From positions 10,416,001 through 10,480,000 of the forward strand of contig JBHGNT010000015.1 in the NCBI GenBank assembly GCA_043228905.1: 64,000 bases of DNA, written 5' to 3'. Below, piece by piece: positions 44,940 through 57,980 of this stretch. The translations under genes were made by a program, and so were the position numbers. The first letter of the stretch is position 1, and every line of letters begins with the position of its first letter. This DNA is from Azolla caroliniana. Lineage: Eukaryota > Plantae > Polypodiophyta. The notes under the pieces were generated by a model. It had not been told where the DNA came from. It saw nothing but the letters and a program-made list of their open reading frames with translations, and searched no databases.

Positions 44940-47900
44940 ACGATCTTGCAAACTGTCATACGCAGGTACTCAACACGAATCGAATGCTATTTGATCTTCC
45001 GCATTGACGGCCTTTGTCTTCAACATCTGGTATCAGAGCCTGCACAGTATTCGGTCCTTCAACCCGCTGTCGGCCGTCGTCTCAGCCTGCACAGCATTCG
45101 GTTTCTTGCGTCATTCGAAGAAGAGAGAAGAAGAAGAAAAAAACGAGGCTTGCATCTCATCGCGTTAGATCATCTTCGCTTGGAGTAAGCCAGCCGGTTG
45201 TACTCTGTTCCTTGTGATCGTAACCGCTCGAGGTGAAATCCCCTTGTGCAACATTGACACGATCGTGCTCCACTCGGTTAAACGGCATCCGAAGAGGTCA
45301 TCAAACGCTGCTCGCCGCTCATTGTAACCACTCGGTGCAGATCGGTCTCAAGACAACAACCCGAATTCGTGCTTCATCCGGCTGATCGACATTCGGGAGG
45401 ATCAGTTGGATCCGTCTCTCTCGTCGCTGCAGTCACCCGAAGCAGAATCGGTCCAGACAATCGGTTTCAATAATCGGTATTTGGCATATATATTCGGAAG
45501 CGAACCGGGCTCACTCCGACTCGGCAACATTCGGGAAGACCAGTCGGTTCTGTCCCTCAAGTTACCGGAGTCAATTCGAGCAAGTTCAACAATACATATA
45601 TCCGAAGCCAAACCGACTCGGGTTCAAATCCGACTAGAACGATATCGGGTGAGCCAACCGGCTGCACTCCAACAAGGTTCGTAGTCAACTCCGAACCGAG
45701 CTTCGTCAACCGAAACCAAATTTGATGGCATCAACATCCGGCTCGTCAGAAATGAGTCTACGAAAGTTCGATGGATTGAACTTCAACTTCTGGAAAGAGC
45801 AAATGCAGGACTATCTCATAGTCAAGGGGCAAATCGATCCCATCGAAAATGAAGAACCTCCAGAAGGATACAAACCAATTGAGTGGCAGAAGCTGGACAG
45901 AATCGTCCGCGCCACGATTCGGATGCACCTATCGGAATCGGTATACTTTACGGTGCAATCGTGTACGACAGCATTCGAACTGTGGAAAACACTGTCGGAC
46001 ACTTACGAAAAGAAGGTCGCCGCAACGAAGATGTTTCTGATCCGGCGCCTCTACAACTTGCGGATGAAAGAATCCGATTCGGTTCAAGCACATCTCAATG
46101 AGTACGAAAGTATAAGCTCCCAAATCTCATCTCAGGGGACGGCAATCGAGGATGAACTCAGAGCAATGATACTCATGAGCAGCCTTCCCTCATCATGGGA
46201 AACTTTCGTCACAACCGTGTGCAACGCGTCAACCACGGCTGTTAAATACTCCGAAGTCACGAGCGCAATCCTGACCGAAGCAGCTCGGAGAAAGTCTTTC
46301 GCCAAAGACTCAACAGACGACGCTTACGTAGTACAAGGTTCGACAGACCGATCGAACATACGAGGAAGAGATTCCTCACGGCAGCCGAACAATCAGCGAA
46401 GACGGAGCCAGTCACGGGATAATCGAATCTGCAACTATTGCAAGAAACCCGGACACATCAAAGCCGACTGCCGCGCACTCAAGAACAAGAACGACAAGTC
46501 TCAGAAATCAGACAAGAAGAGTGGCCGGCATGAGGAGATCAATTACGTCAGCTTCTCCGCTTATGTGCTACCAAACGACCCGAATATACTATCAATCGAA
46601 AATCCAGTCGGATCAGAAGTTCTGCTCACGACTGAAGAATCGAGCACATGGCTCTTAGATTCGGGCGCGTCATTTCACGTGACTCCTCATCGATCCCAAT
46701 TTCGGCAATATACGATCCGTCACTCCGACTCAGTTCGAGTCGGCAACTCGCAACACTGTGACATCATTGGAATCGGCACAGTAGAGCTCAACCTTGCAGG
46801 TGGCTCTACACTTGTACTTCACAATGTCCGACATGTACCCGAGCTCTCAAGGCCATTGATCTCAGTCGGACAACTAGATGAAGACGACATTCGTGCCGGT
46901 TTTTCTTCGGGAGGGTGGACACTCCATAGGGGGAACCTCCTGCTTGCTAGAGGACCCAAGATACACTCACTGTATCCGTTACATGTTACGCTCAGAGAGG
47001 GTAACCTGTTTTTGGTGGATATTCCTGTGTCATCACTATGGCACAGAAGATTAGGACACCTCAGCAAGGCCGGCATTACGCACCTATCTAGAGCCGGATA
47101 CATCCCTAAACTCTCCTTCTCGGACCATCAATTCTGCGAACATTGCCAGTATGGCAAACAAGCAGCCGCATCACACCCGACATCAGCACCAAGAGAAACG
47201 AGACCTCTCGATTTAGTCCACTCGGACGTCTGTGGCCCAATGCCGCATCAGTCTCTCGGCGGTGCCTCTTACTTCGTCAGTTTTATTGACGATTCGACTC
47301 GAAAGGTGTGGGCTTATCCAATTCGCACCAAAGATCGTGTCTTCTCGATCTTCTCCGATTGGCTCGCTATGGTAGAAAATCAAACTGACCGAAAACTGAA
47401 ATGCCTTCGGACCGACAATGGGGGAGAGTTCAAATCAGAAGAATTCGTCAAATTCTGCCGACAACGCGGCATCCGACGTGAATTTACGGCACCACACAGT
47501 CCGGAGCAAAACGGGATTGCAGAACGCATGAATCGGACAATCCAAGAACGGATAGTTTCCATGCTCCAACACTCCGGACTGTCGGATGGCTTCTGGGTAG
47601 AGGCTCTACTCACGGCAGTACACATAATCAATATGTCGCCAAGCAGACCTCTAGGACTTCAAATTCCTCAGGAACTATGGATCGGCAGTAAGCCGAATTA
47701 CGACAAGCTGAGGATCTTCAGATGCGAGGCGTACGCCCTTATTCCGAAAGATGATCGCCGAAAACTTGCACCTCGGTCCAGGAAATGCATTTTCCTTGGA
47801 TATGGATCAGACGGCGAAATGGGATACCGACTCTGGGACCCCGAACGCAGACAAATCGTTCGAAGTTCGGACGTTGTGTTCAACGAGTCGGCTATGAACC

Positions 47901-50134
47901 CATCAGTCGAAAAACCGATCGAAGTCCGAAGGGTAACATTTTCCGATGTGCCGACCCTTCAAGAAGGCCCCGCTCTTAACACACGGTCAGCTTCACGGGT
48001 AGCTGAACCTTACACTACCGACTCGGACAACTCTGACTCGGCACAGCAGAATAATTCGCTTTCGGACCATCCGACCTCGATACCCGATACGACCAGTCCA
48101 ATCATACCTCGACGATCCGAGAGACTGTCGCAACCTCCGGAGAGGTATTCTCCTGGAATTTTCTTCACCGACGCCGGCGAACCGAGGTCTTACGAAGAAG
48201 CATCGACATCTGTCGATTCAGCCACCTGGCATCTGGCGATGGAGTCGGAAATGCACTCCATTCGGGCAAACAAGACTTGGGATCTGGTCGAATTACCTAA
48301 GAATCGACGTGCTCTTCCTTGCAAGTGGGTTTATCGACTAAAAGAGACGTCTGATTCGACCACCCCAAAGTACAAGTCCAGATTAGTTGCGAAGGGCTTC
48401 CGACAAGAATATGGCGTCGACTTCGACGAGATTTTTTCACCAGTGGTGAAAATGACAACCCTTCGTTTTCTACTCGGCGTAGTGGCAGCCGACAACTTGG
48501 AGCTGATTCAGCTAGATGTCAAAACAGCCTTCCTCCATGGTGATCTTGACGAGGAAATTTATATGGAGCAGCCAAAAGGCTTCGTGGCAACTGGCCAAGA
48601 ACATCTAGTCTGCCGACTCAGGAAGAGTCTATACGGCCTCAAACAGGCACCGCGACAATGGTACAAGAAGTTCGACGACTTCATCCAATCGATCGGCTTC
48701 TCAAAAAGCGATGAGGACCATTGTCTTTTTACCAACACAGCTCAAGATGGATCACCCATCTTCCTCATCATTTACGTCGACGACATGCTAATTTCTGGAC
48801 GCCACGCGGGCGAACTTGCCGATCTCATTCGGCAATTGCGGTTGAAGTTTGCCATGAAGGACCTCGGTCCGGCACGACACATACTTGGCATGAAGATTAG
48901 TCGGCATCGCGATAAACGACATCTTTTTTTGTCTCAGACCGACTATATCGGACGTGTCTTGGAACGCTTCAACATGCAATCAGCCAAATCTGCTTCAACC
49001 CCGCTCCCCATGAATCTTCGGCTCTCTCAGCGAGACTGCCCGACATCCGGTCCGGAGGGGGAAGATATGAAGTCGGTACCGTATGCACCGGCAGTCGGCT
49101 CCCTTATGTACCTGATGGTCGCGACACGGCCTGATATTTCTCATGCCGTAGGAGTCGTTAGCAGATTTATGCACAATCCTGGCCGATCGCATTGGAACGC
49201 AGTCAAGCATGTGTTCAAATATCTGGCTGGCACAAAAGACCACGGCATTCTTTTCGGCCCGAACTCAACCTCAGGCGTAGTCGGTTACACCGACTCGGAC
49301 TTCGCCGGCTGCATAGACAGTCGGAAATCAACAACTGGATACTGCTTCAAATTCGGCAATGGAGCAATTTCGTGGAAGTCGAAACTTCAGGAGTGCACAG
49401 CGACCTCAACGACCGAAGCAGAATATGTAGCTGCGTCCGATGCTGCAAAAGAAGCTTTGTGGCTCGGCCGGCTGGCGCACACGTTCCGACAAGTCGACCA
49501 TGACTCGGCCCCAGTTGTCTATAGCGACAGTCAAGGTGTTGTTGCCTTGTCGAGAAATCCGGTTCACCACAACGCCTCCAAACATATCGACGTTCGATAT
49601 CACTTCGTTCGGGACTACGTCATTTCAGGGAAAATCGGTCTAGAGAAAATATCCACAACCGATAATGTCGCAGATGGAATGACCAAGTGTCTTTCGGCAG
49701 ACCGCTTTCGGTCCCTTCGGCATCAGATGGGCGTAACGACAAACCAGTCCGGTTAGAGCCGGACACAGCGCAGGATGGTTTCAGACAACCGACATCAGTT
49801 CCTTAATGATCGGCTTCAACTCTTCCGACCTGACCAGTCTGGTCTTCTGCCTTCGGACCCTGCCGACTCGAACAAAACTGATATGTCCGAGAACCTAGGT
49901 TTATACCTGTAATCTTAGATAACCCATGTATACGCCCATTACGGGGGAGTGTCGAATACAAGTGTATAATGGACGTATTCACACTATCCCTTTGTATAGC
50001 TCAAGTTTGGGCCATTTGTGTAATTAGCATAAATGGTAGTTGCCCTAAGTCGTCACTATATAAAGTGACCTAGTAACCTTGTTGTAAGGTTGGGTTGTAT
50101 TATTCTTTTCTATTGAATAGAAAGTCATTTTGTG

Positions 50135-50173
<39 letters not shown>

Positions 50174-50263
50174 GTGCACGATCTTGCAAACTGTCATACG
50201 CAGGTACTCAACACGAATCGAATGCTATTTGATCTTCCGCATTGACGGCCTTTGTCTTCAACA
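44716..50263 (+). mobile_element. Intact Ty1/copia element (Tnt1/Tork-like)
   Basis: LTRs 44716-45025 and 49950-50263 appear to differ only in the (CT)n tract. TSD CTAAC. PBS TGGTATCAGAGC at 45028-45039. PPT GGGGGAG before 49950. Confidence 0.97.
45725..49756 (+). CDS. Intact copia gag-PR-IN-RT-RNase H polyprotein (~1343 aa)
   Basis: CNYCKKPGHIKADC, WLLDSGAS, LWHRRLGH, IDDSTR/LRTDNGGEF, YVDDML, SKHIDVRYHF, NVADGMTK. No stops. Confidence 0.97.
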   Translation: MASTSGSSEMSLRKFDGLNFNFWKEQMQDYLIVKGQIDPIENEEPPEGYKPIEWQKLDRIVRATIRMHLSESVYFTVQSCTTAFELWKTLSDTYEKKVAATKMFLIRRLYNLRMKESDSVQAHLNEYESISSQISSQGTAIEDELRAMILMSSLPSSWETFVTTVCNASTTAVKYSEVTSAILTEAARRKSFAKDSTDDAYVVQGSTDRSNIRGRDSSRQPNNQRRRSQSRDNRICNYCKKPGHIKADCRALKNKNDKSQKSDKKSGRHEEINYVSFSAYVLPNDPNILSIENPVGSEVLLTTEESSTWLLDSGASFHVTPHRSQFRQYTIRHSDSVRVGNSQHCDIIGIGTVELNLAGGSTLVLHNVRHVPELSRPLISVGQLDEDDIRAGFSSGGWTLHRGNLLLARGPKIHSLYPLHVTLREGNLFLVDIPVSSLWHRRLGHLSKAGITHLSRAGYIPKLSFSDHQFCEHCQYGKQAAASHPTSAPRETRPLDLVHSDVCGPMPHQSLGGASYFVSFIDDSTRKVWAYPIRTKDRVFSIFSDWLAMVENQTDRKLKCLRTDNGGEFKSEEFVKFCRQRGIRREFTAPHSPEQNGIAERMNRTIQERIVSMLQHSGLSDGFWVEALLTAVHIINMSPSRPLGLQIPQELWIGSKPNYDKLRIFRCEAYALIPKDDRRKLAPRSRKCIFLGYGSDGEMGYRLWDPERRQIVRSSDVVFNESAMNPSVEKPIEVRRVTFSDVPTLQEGPALNTRSASRVAEPYTTDSDNSDSAQQNNSLSDHPTSIPDTTSPIIPRRSERLSQPPERYSPGIFFTDAGEPRSYEEASTSVDSATWHLAMESEMHSIRANKTWDLVELPKNRRALPCKWVYRLKETSDSTTPKYKSRLVAKGFRQEYGVDFDEIFSPVVKMTTLRFLLGVVAADNLELIQLDVKTAFLHGDLDEEIYMEQPKGFVATGQEHLVCRLRKSLYGLKQAPRQWYKKFDDFIQSIGFSKSDEDHCLFTNTAQDGSPIFLIIYVDDMLISGRHAGELADLIRQLRLKFAMKDLGPARHILGMKISRHRDKRHLFLSQTDYIGRVLERFNMQSAKSASTPLPMNLRLSQRDCPTSGPEGEDMKSVPYAPAVGSLMYLMVATRPDISHAVGVVSRFMHNPGRSHWNAVKHVFKYLAGTKDHGILFGPNSTSGVVGYTDSDFAGCIDSRKSTTGYCFKFGNGAISWKSKLQECTATSTTEAEYVAASDAAKEALWLGRLAHTFRQVDHDSAPVVYSDSQGVVALSRNPVHHNASKHIDVRYHFVRDYVISGKIGLEKISTTDNVADGMTKCLSADRFRSLRHQMGVTTNQSG

Positions 50264-50409
50264 CTAACTTCCTATCGGCTTCCTTAGCCGATCCTCTAGT
50301 TGATCCGATTTTTGGCTTCTTCAGCCGATTTGTTGTCGCGAAAATCTGTCACTGTGTGTGGATTGTCATGTGGAACCGTTGGGGTTATGGATAGGAAGGA
50401 AAAGATAGC

Positions 50410-50845
50410 CACAAGCCGAACGAGCACACAAGAGGAAGGCTTACACACACAAGGCACGAATATTCGAACGTGTTCGTGAAAAGGAGAGCTGCATGGGCAA
50501 GCCCAAATTAACCCCTAGTCACAATACGAACGAACATGCAAGAGGAAGGCTTACACACACAAGGCACAAAAGTTCAAATGCCTTTGTGAAAGGAGAGATG
50601 CATAGGCAAGACCGAAACGCTCCATTGTGACAAGACACATGAACGAACACTCAAGGAAAAGCCTTACATACAATACACAAAAGTGAAAATTCCTTTGTGA
50701 AAGGAGAGGTGCATAAGCAAAGCCCGAATGCTCCCTCATCAGGAGACACACGAACACATAAGAAAGATTTACACCAAGTCACAAAAGGTTGAATGCCTTT
50801 TGGAAAGGAGAGGTGCATAAGTATGCCCAAAACGCTCCCTCATCA
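50410..50845. repeat. Degenerate ~110-bp tandem repeat (~4 copies)
   Basis: Recurrent GAAGGCTTACACACACAAGGCAC and GTGAAAGGAGAG.TGCAT..GCAAG blocks. Confidence 0.7.
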
Positions 50846-53800
50846 ATATTTCGCAAGAACTTATTGGCAGCTCCCCAAACACTTCCAAACCCCATGCCAA
50901 AAGACTATAGAGAAATCCAAGTCGGCCTAGGAGACGGTTGTCGAATACAAATGTATAATGGACGTATTCACACTATTCTCTTAGACAGCCCAAGTTCATG
51001 CTATTTCTGTAAATAACATAAAGGGTAGTTGCCCTATGTGAGTCACTATATAAAGTGACTTTGTAACCTTTTGTAAAGGTTGGTTGTTCATTGTTGTAAC
51101 TGTTGCCCTTTTATGAATATAGATATATGCTTTGTGCCTCTCTCTCTCTCTCTCTCTCCCTGCTCGTATTTTGTTCTTGCTTCTCTCATACGCAGGTACT
51201 TCTTCCTCACAGATTCATACTATGTGATCTCTTCAGCACTGACGGCTTTGTTCATTCCCTACATTTGGTATCAGAGCTTGGATGTCCTTCATCCCGCTGT
51301 CGGCCGCCATTCGAATCTTTGGATCACAACATTCTGTTTTTTTTGCTTTGTTTTTGAAGAAACAGAGAAGAGAGAAGAAGAAGAAAAACGAGGCTTGCAT
51401 CTCATTGCGTTAGATCATCTTCGCTTGGAGTAAGCCAGCCGGCTGTACTCTGTTCCTTGTGATCGTAACCACTCGAGGTGAAATTCCCTTGTGCAACATT
51501 GACACGATCGTGCTCCACTCGGTTAAACGGCATCCGAACAGGTCATCGAACGCTGCTCGCCGCCTGTTGTAACCACTCGCTGCAGATCGGTCTCAAGACA
51601 AACAACCCCAATTCGTGCTTCATCCGGCTGATCGACATTCGGGAGGATCAATTGGATCTGTCTCTCTCATCGCTGCAGTCACCCGAAGCAGAATCGGTCC
51701 AGACAATCGGTTTCAATAATCGGTATTTGGCATATATATTCGGAAGCGAACCGTGCTCACTCCGACTCGGCAACATTCGGGAAAACCAGTCGGTTCTGTC
51801 CCTCAAGTTACCGGAGTCAATTCGAGCAAGTTCAACAATACATATATCCGAAGCCGAACCGACTCGGGTTCAAATCCGACTAGAACGATATTGGGTGAGC
51901 CGACCGGCTACACTCCAACAAGGTTCGTAGTCAACTCCGAACCGAGCTTCGTCAACCGAAACCGAATCTGATGGCATCAACATCCGGCTCATTGGAAATG
52001 AGTCTAAGGAGGTTCGACGGTTCGAACTTCAATTTTTGCAGGACTATCTTATAGTCAAGGGTTAGATTGATCCAATTGAGAATGAAACTGCTCCAGAAAA
52101 TATACAAGGCAAATGAGTGGCAGAAGCTGGACAGAATCGTCCACGCCACGATCCGGATGCACTTGTCGGAGTCAGTGTACTTCACAGTGCAATCGTGCAC
52201 GACAGCCTTCGAACTTTGGAAGAAGCTGTCGGAAACCTAGAAAAGAAGGTCGCCTCAACGAAGATGTATTTGATCCGATTCGGTTCAGGCACACCTTAAC
52301 GAGTACGAAAGTTTGAGCTCCCAAATCTCGTCACAGGGGACGACAATCGAGGATGAACTCAGAGCAATGATACTCATGAGCAGTCTCCCCTCCTCTTGGG
52401 AAACCTTCGTTACAACTGTGTGCAACGCTTCTACGACTGCCATCAAGTACTCTGAAGTCACAAGTGCAATCCTGACTGAAGCAGCTCGGAGAAAGTCTTT
52501 CACCAAAGACTCGGCAGAAGAATCCTATGTAGTACAAGGTTCGACCGACCGATCGAACAAACGGGGAAGAAGTTCTTCCCGACCGCCCACAAATCAGCGA
52601 AGCCGCATCAAGTCCCGGGAAACCCGAATCTACAACTACTGCAAGAAACCGGGACACATCAAGGCCGACTGTCGGGTACTCAAGTCAAAGACAAACAAAG
52701 CTCAAAGAGCTTATCAGAGGAGTAACCGGCATGAGGAAGTCAACTACGTCGACTCTTCAGCCGAGATATTGACGACCGACCCGAACATATTGTCCATAGA
52801 GAATCCAGTCGATTCAGAAGTTCTGCTTACGATTGAGGAATCGAGCACATGGCTTCTGGACTCGGGCGCGTCGTATCACGTGACACCTCACCGATCACAG
52901 TTTCGGCAATATTCGGACCGGCACTCCGACTCAGTTTGAGTCGGAAATTCACACCACTGTGCTATCATCGGAATCGGCACCGTAGAGCTCAACCTTCCGG
53001 GTGGCTCTACACTCGTACTACACAACGTCCGACACGTTCCTGAGCTCTCACAACCCCTGATCTCAGTCGGACAACTTGATGAAGCTGGCATTTGTGCTGG
53101 TTTCTCATCAGGAGGGTGGACACTCCACAGAGGGAACCTCCTGCTTGCTAGAGGACCAAAGGTACACTCATTGTACCCTTTGTATGTCACACTCAGAGAG
53201 GGTGATTTATTTCTGGTAGATATCCCTGTTTCATCCTTATGACATGGACGACTTGGACACCTCAGCAAGGCCGACATCATGCAACTATCCAGAGCCGGAT
53301 ACATCCCGAAACTCTCCTTCTCGGACCATCAGTTTTGCAAGCATTGCCAATACAGCAAACAGGTAGCCGCATCACACCCGACATCAGCACCAACAGAGTC
53401 GAGCCCGCTCGATTTGGTCCACTCGGATGTCTGTGGCCCGATGCCACATCAGTCACTCGGTGGTGCCTCGTACTTCGTCAATTTCATTGACGACTCGACT
53501 CAGAAGGTGTGGGCTTACCCCATCAGAACCAAAGATCGGGTGTTCTCGATCTTCTCAGATTGGCTCGCAATGGTCGAAAACCAAACCGGTCGGAAACTGA
53601 AGTGTCTCCAAACCAACAATGGAGGTGAGTTCAAATCTGATGAATTCGTCAAATTTTGCCAAGAACGTGGCATTCGACGTGAATATACGACACCATATAG
53701 TCTGGAGCAGAACGGAATCACAGAACGCATGAATCGAACGATTCAAGAACGTGTTGTCACGTTACTACGCGCGTGCGTGGAGAAACGAGGCGGGACCACC

Positions 53801-54392
53801 GGGGTCTTGAACCAAAGAGCAAGTGATAGGAGGGGAAAGAGAAAGAGAGAGACGACTGGTTACGTATGAGCAAGAAACACAGGGACACGGCCCTTCAACG
53901 CAGGAAACACGAATGGACACAGAGACAGAGAGACACGAAAGTTTGTATATTAATGAATAACCAATACACAACAGAGCATGCGAGCGGTTACAACCGAACA
54001 GGCCGGCGAACAGATGTCGATGCCTGTTCTTCTACGCACGAAAGGGGAGAGGATGGAGGTGCTGCCGGAAGCACACGGGCGTTCCTCGAATCAGCAAGAG
54101 CCTCCCGAAAACCTGCAGGGAAGAGCAATAAAGAACAGACAGAGGAGAAGTGTTCGGTTACGGTCCGACAACACTTCGTCCTCCTCAAATGCGTGATGCC
54201 TTCTCCCTGCGTCCCCTCTCCTTTATAGCGTCAAGAAGGGAGCCGTCTCCCTCATTTACATCCTACCTACCGAATCTAACTACCCAGGATATACCTACGT
54301 ACTTAATCCCTATTATATACATTAAGGGCGCGCACGCGTGAAGAGCCGGTTCACGCGTTCTATGCACCGATTGCGCTAAGGGACGGTTTTCT

Positions 54393-57300
54393 TCACGACA
54401 TCCGCCCCCACCTAACCGCACATCCACCAGTATGCGCCAAAATTGTGCTCTGGTTGGAAAAAACCGGCCCGAGTTCCATATCTTCGTCTATCGGTTCGTC
54501 CTCCGTTTCGGACTGTTCGTCGTCGCTGTCTAGGCCTCTTAGATCCGGTTCGCCATCGTGGCGCTTCTTGAATGCTTTGATCCGCTTCCCTACTACCGGT
54601 ATCGCCATCCTCGTGCCATCGAGTTCCGCCAAGTGATGCGTCCCGTTGTCGTTGGCGCTCGTTACCACGTAAGGCCCGAACCACCGCTTTGCAAACTTCC
54701 GTGTTGCCCGGTGTTGGTTGTCGAGGCTGCTGTCGTAGACTAGCACCCAGTCGCCTTCCTCGATTTTCTTTGGTCGGAGCCGGTGCGTTCGGTTGAACCG
54801 GGCTTTGTTCCTCATCCTCGCCATCCGAAGTCTCTCCGCCGCTCGTTCCACGTCCTTTGGCCTCCGCTCGAGCTGTCATATACGCGCCGCTAGCAATTCT
54901 TCCCGACTCATCTCGTCTCTCCAGTCTACTATCGCCCAAGAGGAGATCGTCCGTTCCATTGGCATGATCGACTTCTGTCCGAACATGAGCTCTGACGGCA
55001 TGAACCCGGTTACCGAACTGTGCGTTGTCCGATCCGCCCACAAGGCATAGGGTAACAGTCGTGGCCAGTTCCCGACCTGGTCTCCGCATGCCCGGACTAG
55101 CGCTTTGACGATCGGTCCGTGTCCACGCTCCACTTTCCCGTTCGCCTCCGGATTGTACGCTGTGGTGAGCGAGAGCTTGACCCCTAACCGGTCGAACAGC
55201 TCCTCAGCCTCTTCGGCGTCCAACTCCCCATGGTCAACTACGATCTTCCCGACGCACCAGTAGTGGCATATCACGTCCTCGATTAGGAACCGACACACGG
55301 CCGCAGTCATTTTGTTCTGCAGGGCTCGGCCTTCCACCTGGTTCGTCAGGTCCTCCCGGGCTAACACTAGATATCGCATCTGCCCTACGCCCATCGGCAT
55401 CGTCACCAAATCTACCATCCATTTGAAGTGGATGGCCGGAGGGTATGTAGGGTGAAGCTCGTCCCGATGTCGGACTACGGAGTGTATCTGACAGCTCTCA
55501 CAAGTTGTCACGAACTGATGCACGTCCCGGTACAGTCCCGGTCACCAGTACTTCCCCTTTAGTTTCTCGAACATGGCCCACATTCCACGGTGTCCAGCCC
55601 AGGGGCTGTCGTGGTAAGCCTTCAGCAACTCCTCTTGTTCCTCCTTCATCACCACTACTCGGAGCGGGATGCCGTTTCTCTTCTTCGGGTGCTTCCATAA
55701 GTATCCATCCCGGAGAAAGAATCGGTACGCTTTCTTCCGGATCCGGTTGGCCTCGTCCTTTGTCCATGACGCGTCCGGCGTCATCATCCTTAAGAATCCT
55801 CCAATCTGCAGCCACTCCCCATTGTACTTGCTTTCGTTAAAGTCGTTAAGCGCCGGAGTGCTCCCCCCCTCGGTTGTTACGTAAGCCGCCTCGAAGAAGT
55901 CCACGCCGACTTCCTCGTCCTCCGAAACCATGCCGCCCTCGTCGTCGAATCGCGCCCTCGAAAGCATGTCGGCCATGGCATTGTCTTTCCCGGAAATGTG
56001 TCGTATTTCCGGATCCAGAGACTTGATGTACGCTATCCACCTGAGCATTGCCAGGTCCGGGGTTGCGCATCCGGAAACCATGCCGAGAATCGGCAGGCAG
56101 TCCGTCTCGATAATCACCTCTGTCCCGATTAGATAGTCTTTATCGGCCTTCACCGCCGAAACGATACCCCAGAGTTCGGGTTTAACCTGGGTGTATCCTC
56201 GCTGTCGCTCGCTGAGGACCTTCGCACCGAACCGGATTGGGAACCGAATGTCGTCCTCATCTTCTTGGTTGACAACCCATCCGATCCCGGTTGGACTCGT
56301 ATCTACCGTTATGTAGACGGGAGTGCCTTTCTCGTAGACAGCCTTCCGGAGTGCCGGAACTGCAGCAAGCGCCTCCTTCATCTTTCGGACCGACTCCGAA
56401 TGCTCGTCTCGCCACTCGAATTTTCGCCCCTTTTTCAGCAACCCGTATAGCGGCTCGGCAACGTGGGCGTAATGCGGGATCCATATGTGGTAGAACGCGC
56501 ATGCTCCCAAGAACCTCCGTACCTCCGTGACTGAGTTACAGTCGGGCTTCATTGCGGAGATGGCTTCCACATTAGCCGGAGACGGTTTCTGGCCATACGG
56601 TCCGCATAGATGTCCGACAACCATGATCTCTAATTGCCCGAAGGCCGATTTCTCCCCGGAGAAGGTGATCCTCGCATCCTCTAGCCTCTGCAGCACCCTC
56701 TCGCAGTCGTCAATGTGTGTCGCCACGAATTTCCGGCATCCGTCCGGTCCGATCGTTTCGTCCTTTTCCTCCACCGAACATCCCTTGATCGGGATGTCGT
56801 CCAAGAATGGCATGGTGATGTCCGGGATACAGTCCCTCAGCACCTTGTTCATCGCATTCACCATGTGGGCCACCGAGTTCGTCCCTCCTTGTGGCAGGGC
56901 ACACATCCGCACTAGGCCGAGAGGAGTCCACATCGTCGTAATGTCTCTGCTCTCTACGGCTAGTTGGAACTGGTCGTACCCCGAGTACAGATCACCGACC
57001 GAGTAGATCGACCTTCCGGTGAAGGCCTCCGCGAACTCGTCTATCGTTGGTCCGATTCCTGCGTTCCGAATGGTCACTCTGTTGACCGGTTGCAGGTCTT
57101 GAATGAAGCGCAACGTCCCGTTCTTCTTCGGTACGGTAAACCACCAGTTCGAGTACGGGGCACTCGACGGTTCGAGGATGCCCATATCGACTTTCTGCCT
57201 CAATAGCTCCATCAGCTCCGGAATGTGAGCTCTCGGTACCGAAATTTGTTTGAGATTCCACGGCACATGCGGTACTGTGAATATCACCATCGGCTTCACG

Positions 57301-57980
57301 ACTGTCGGGTCTACACACCCGATCTCCTCCGGCGAGAATGCGAAGGCTTTCCTGTGCCTTCCGAGCACTCTCCGAAACCGGTCTTCTTCCGTCGGCAGTA
57401 GGAACCCGGCCCCACCGATTTTGAGCTCCCGTAGCGTTCTGTCGGTGAAGGCGTGCCCTATGCAGGCCGGATCTCGTAAACTGGGGTCCGACGTGACCCC
57501 CTTGATTCGCAACTCAGTGCCCTCCGGTAAGGGTGCCGCGACTGGCCTTACCTTCCGGTCCACAGTCTTGTACTTCGTGTTAACCCGTGCCGTCCGATCC
57601 GACTCGAGCCCTCGACTGAAGTCCGCGATGACTTTGTACATCTCTTCTGAACAAACCGGTATCATCCGGTCCTCTTTAAGGCCCTCTCCGACCACCTCTC
57701 GCAGTATTCCCAAGGTATCGTCGAAGGAGACCGCCTCCACGGCTCCATTGATTTCCTCGCTGGGCCCGAGAACTCCGCACGCCCGAAGTCGCTCTTCTGC
57801 CCTTGTCTTTCCTCGGCCTTCGACGCCGACTATCGTACACCCTCCGTTGTCGGAGAAACAAAACTTCCTACTTATGGTACAAGGTTTCTTCGGTTTCGCC
57901 TCTATCGTACATTTGTGGGGTTTTCCCGGAGTGTCCAGACTGTCGCGGCTCCACGCCTTGACAGCCCTCTCTAAAAATCC
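54393..57980 (-). pseudogene. pol ORF2 (RT-RNase H-integrase) with two in-frame TGA stops
   Basis: PKKNGTLRFIQDLQPVN, DLYSGYDQ, PFLDDI, VDTSPTGIG, YNPEANGKVERGH. Stops at 55542 and 54876 keep the frame. Confidence 0.9.

Larger units (their letters stand above)
17455..50368 (-). mobile_element. Old copia remnant split by four nested insertions (pieces 17455-17756, 29971-30356, 34163-34394, 44456-44715, 50269-~50368)
   Basis: Gag rejoins across the TSDs (MGNSLPTEKLDRSNYASWTYKM|HQ and NKML|YT). PBS at 34327-34338. LTR starts TGTAAAAAATTAGATGTGGAAGC at 34339 and resembles the 2602 LTR. Confidence 0.8.
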
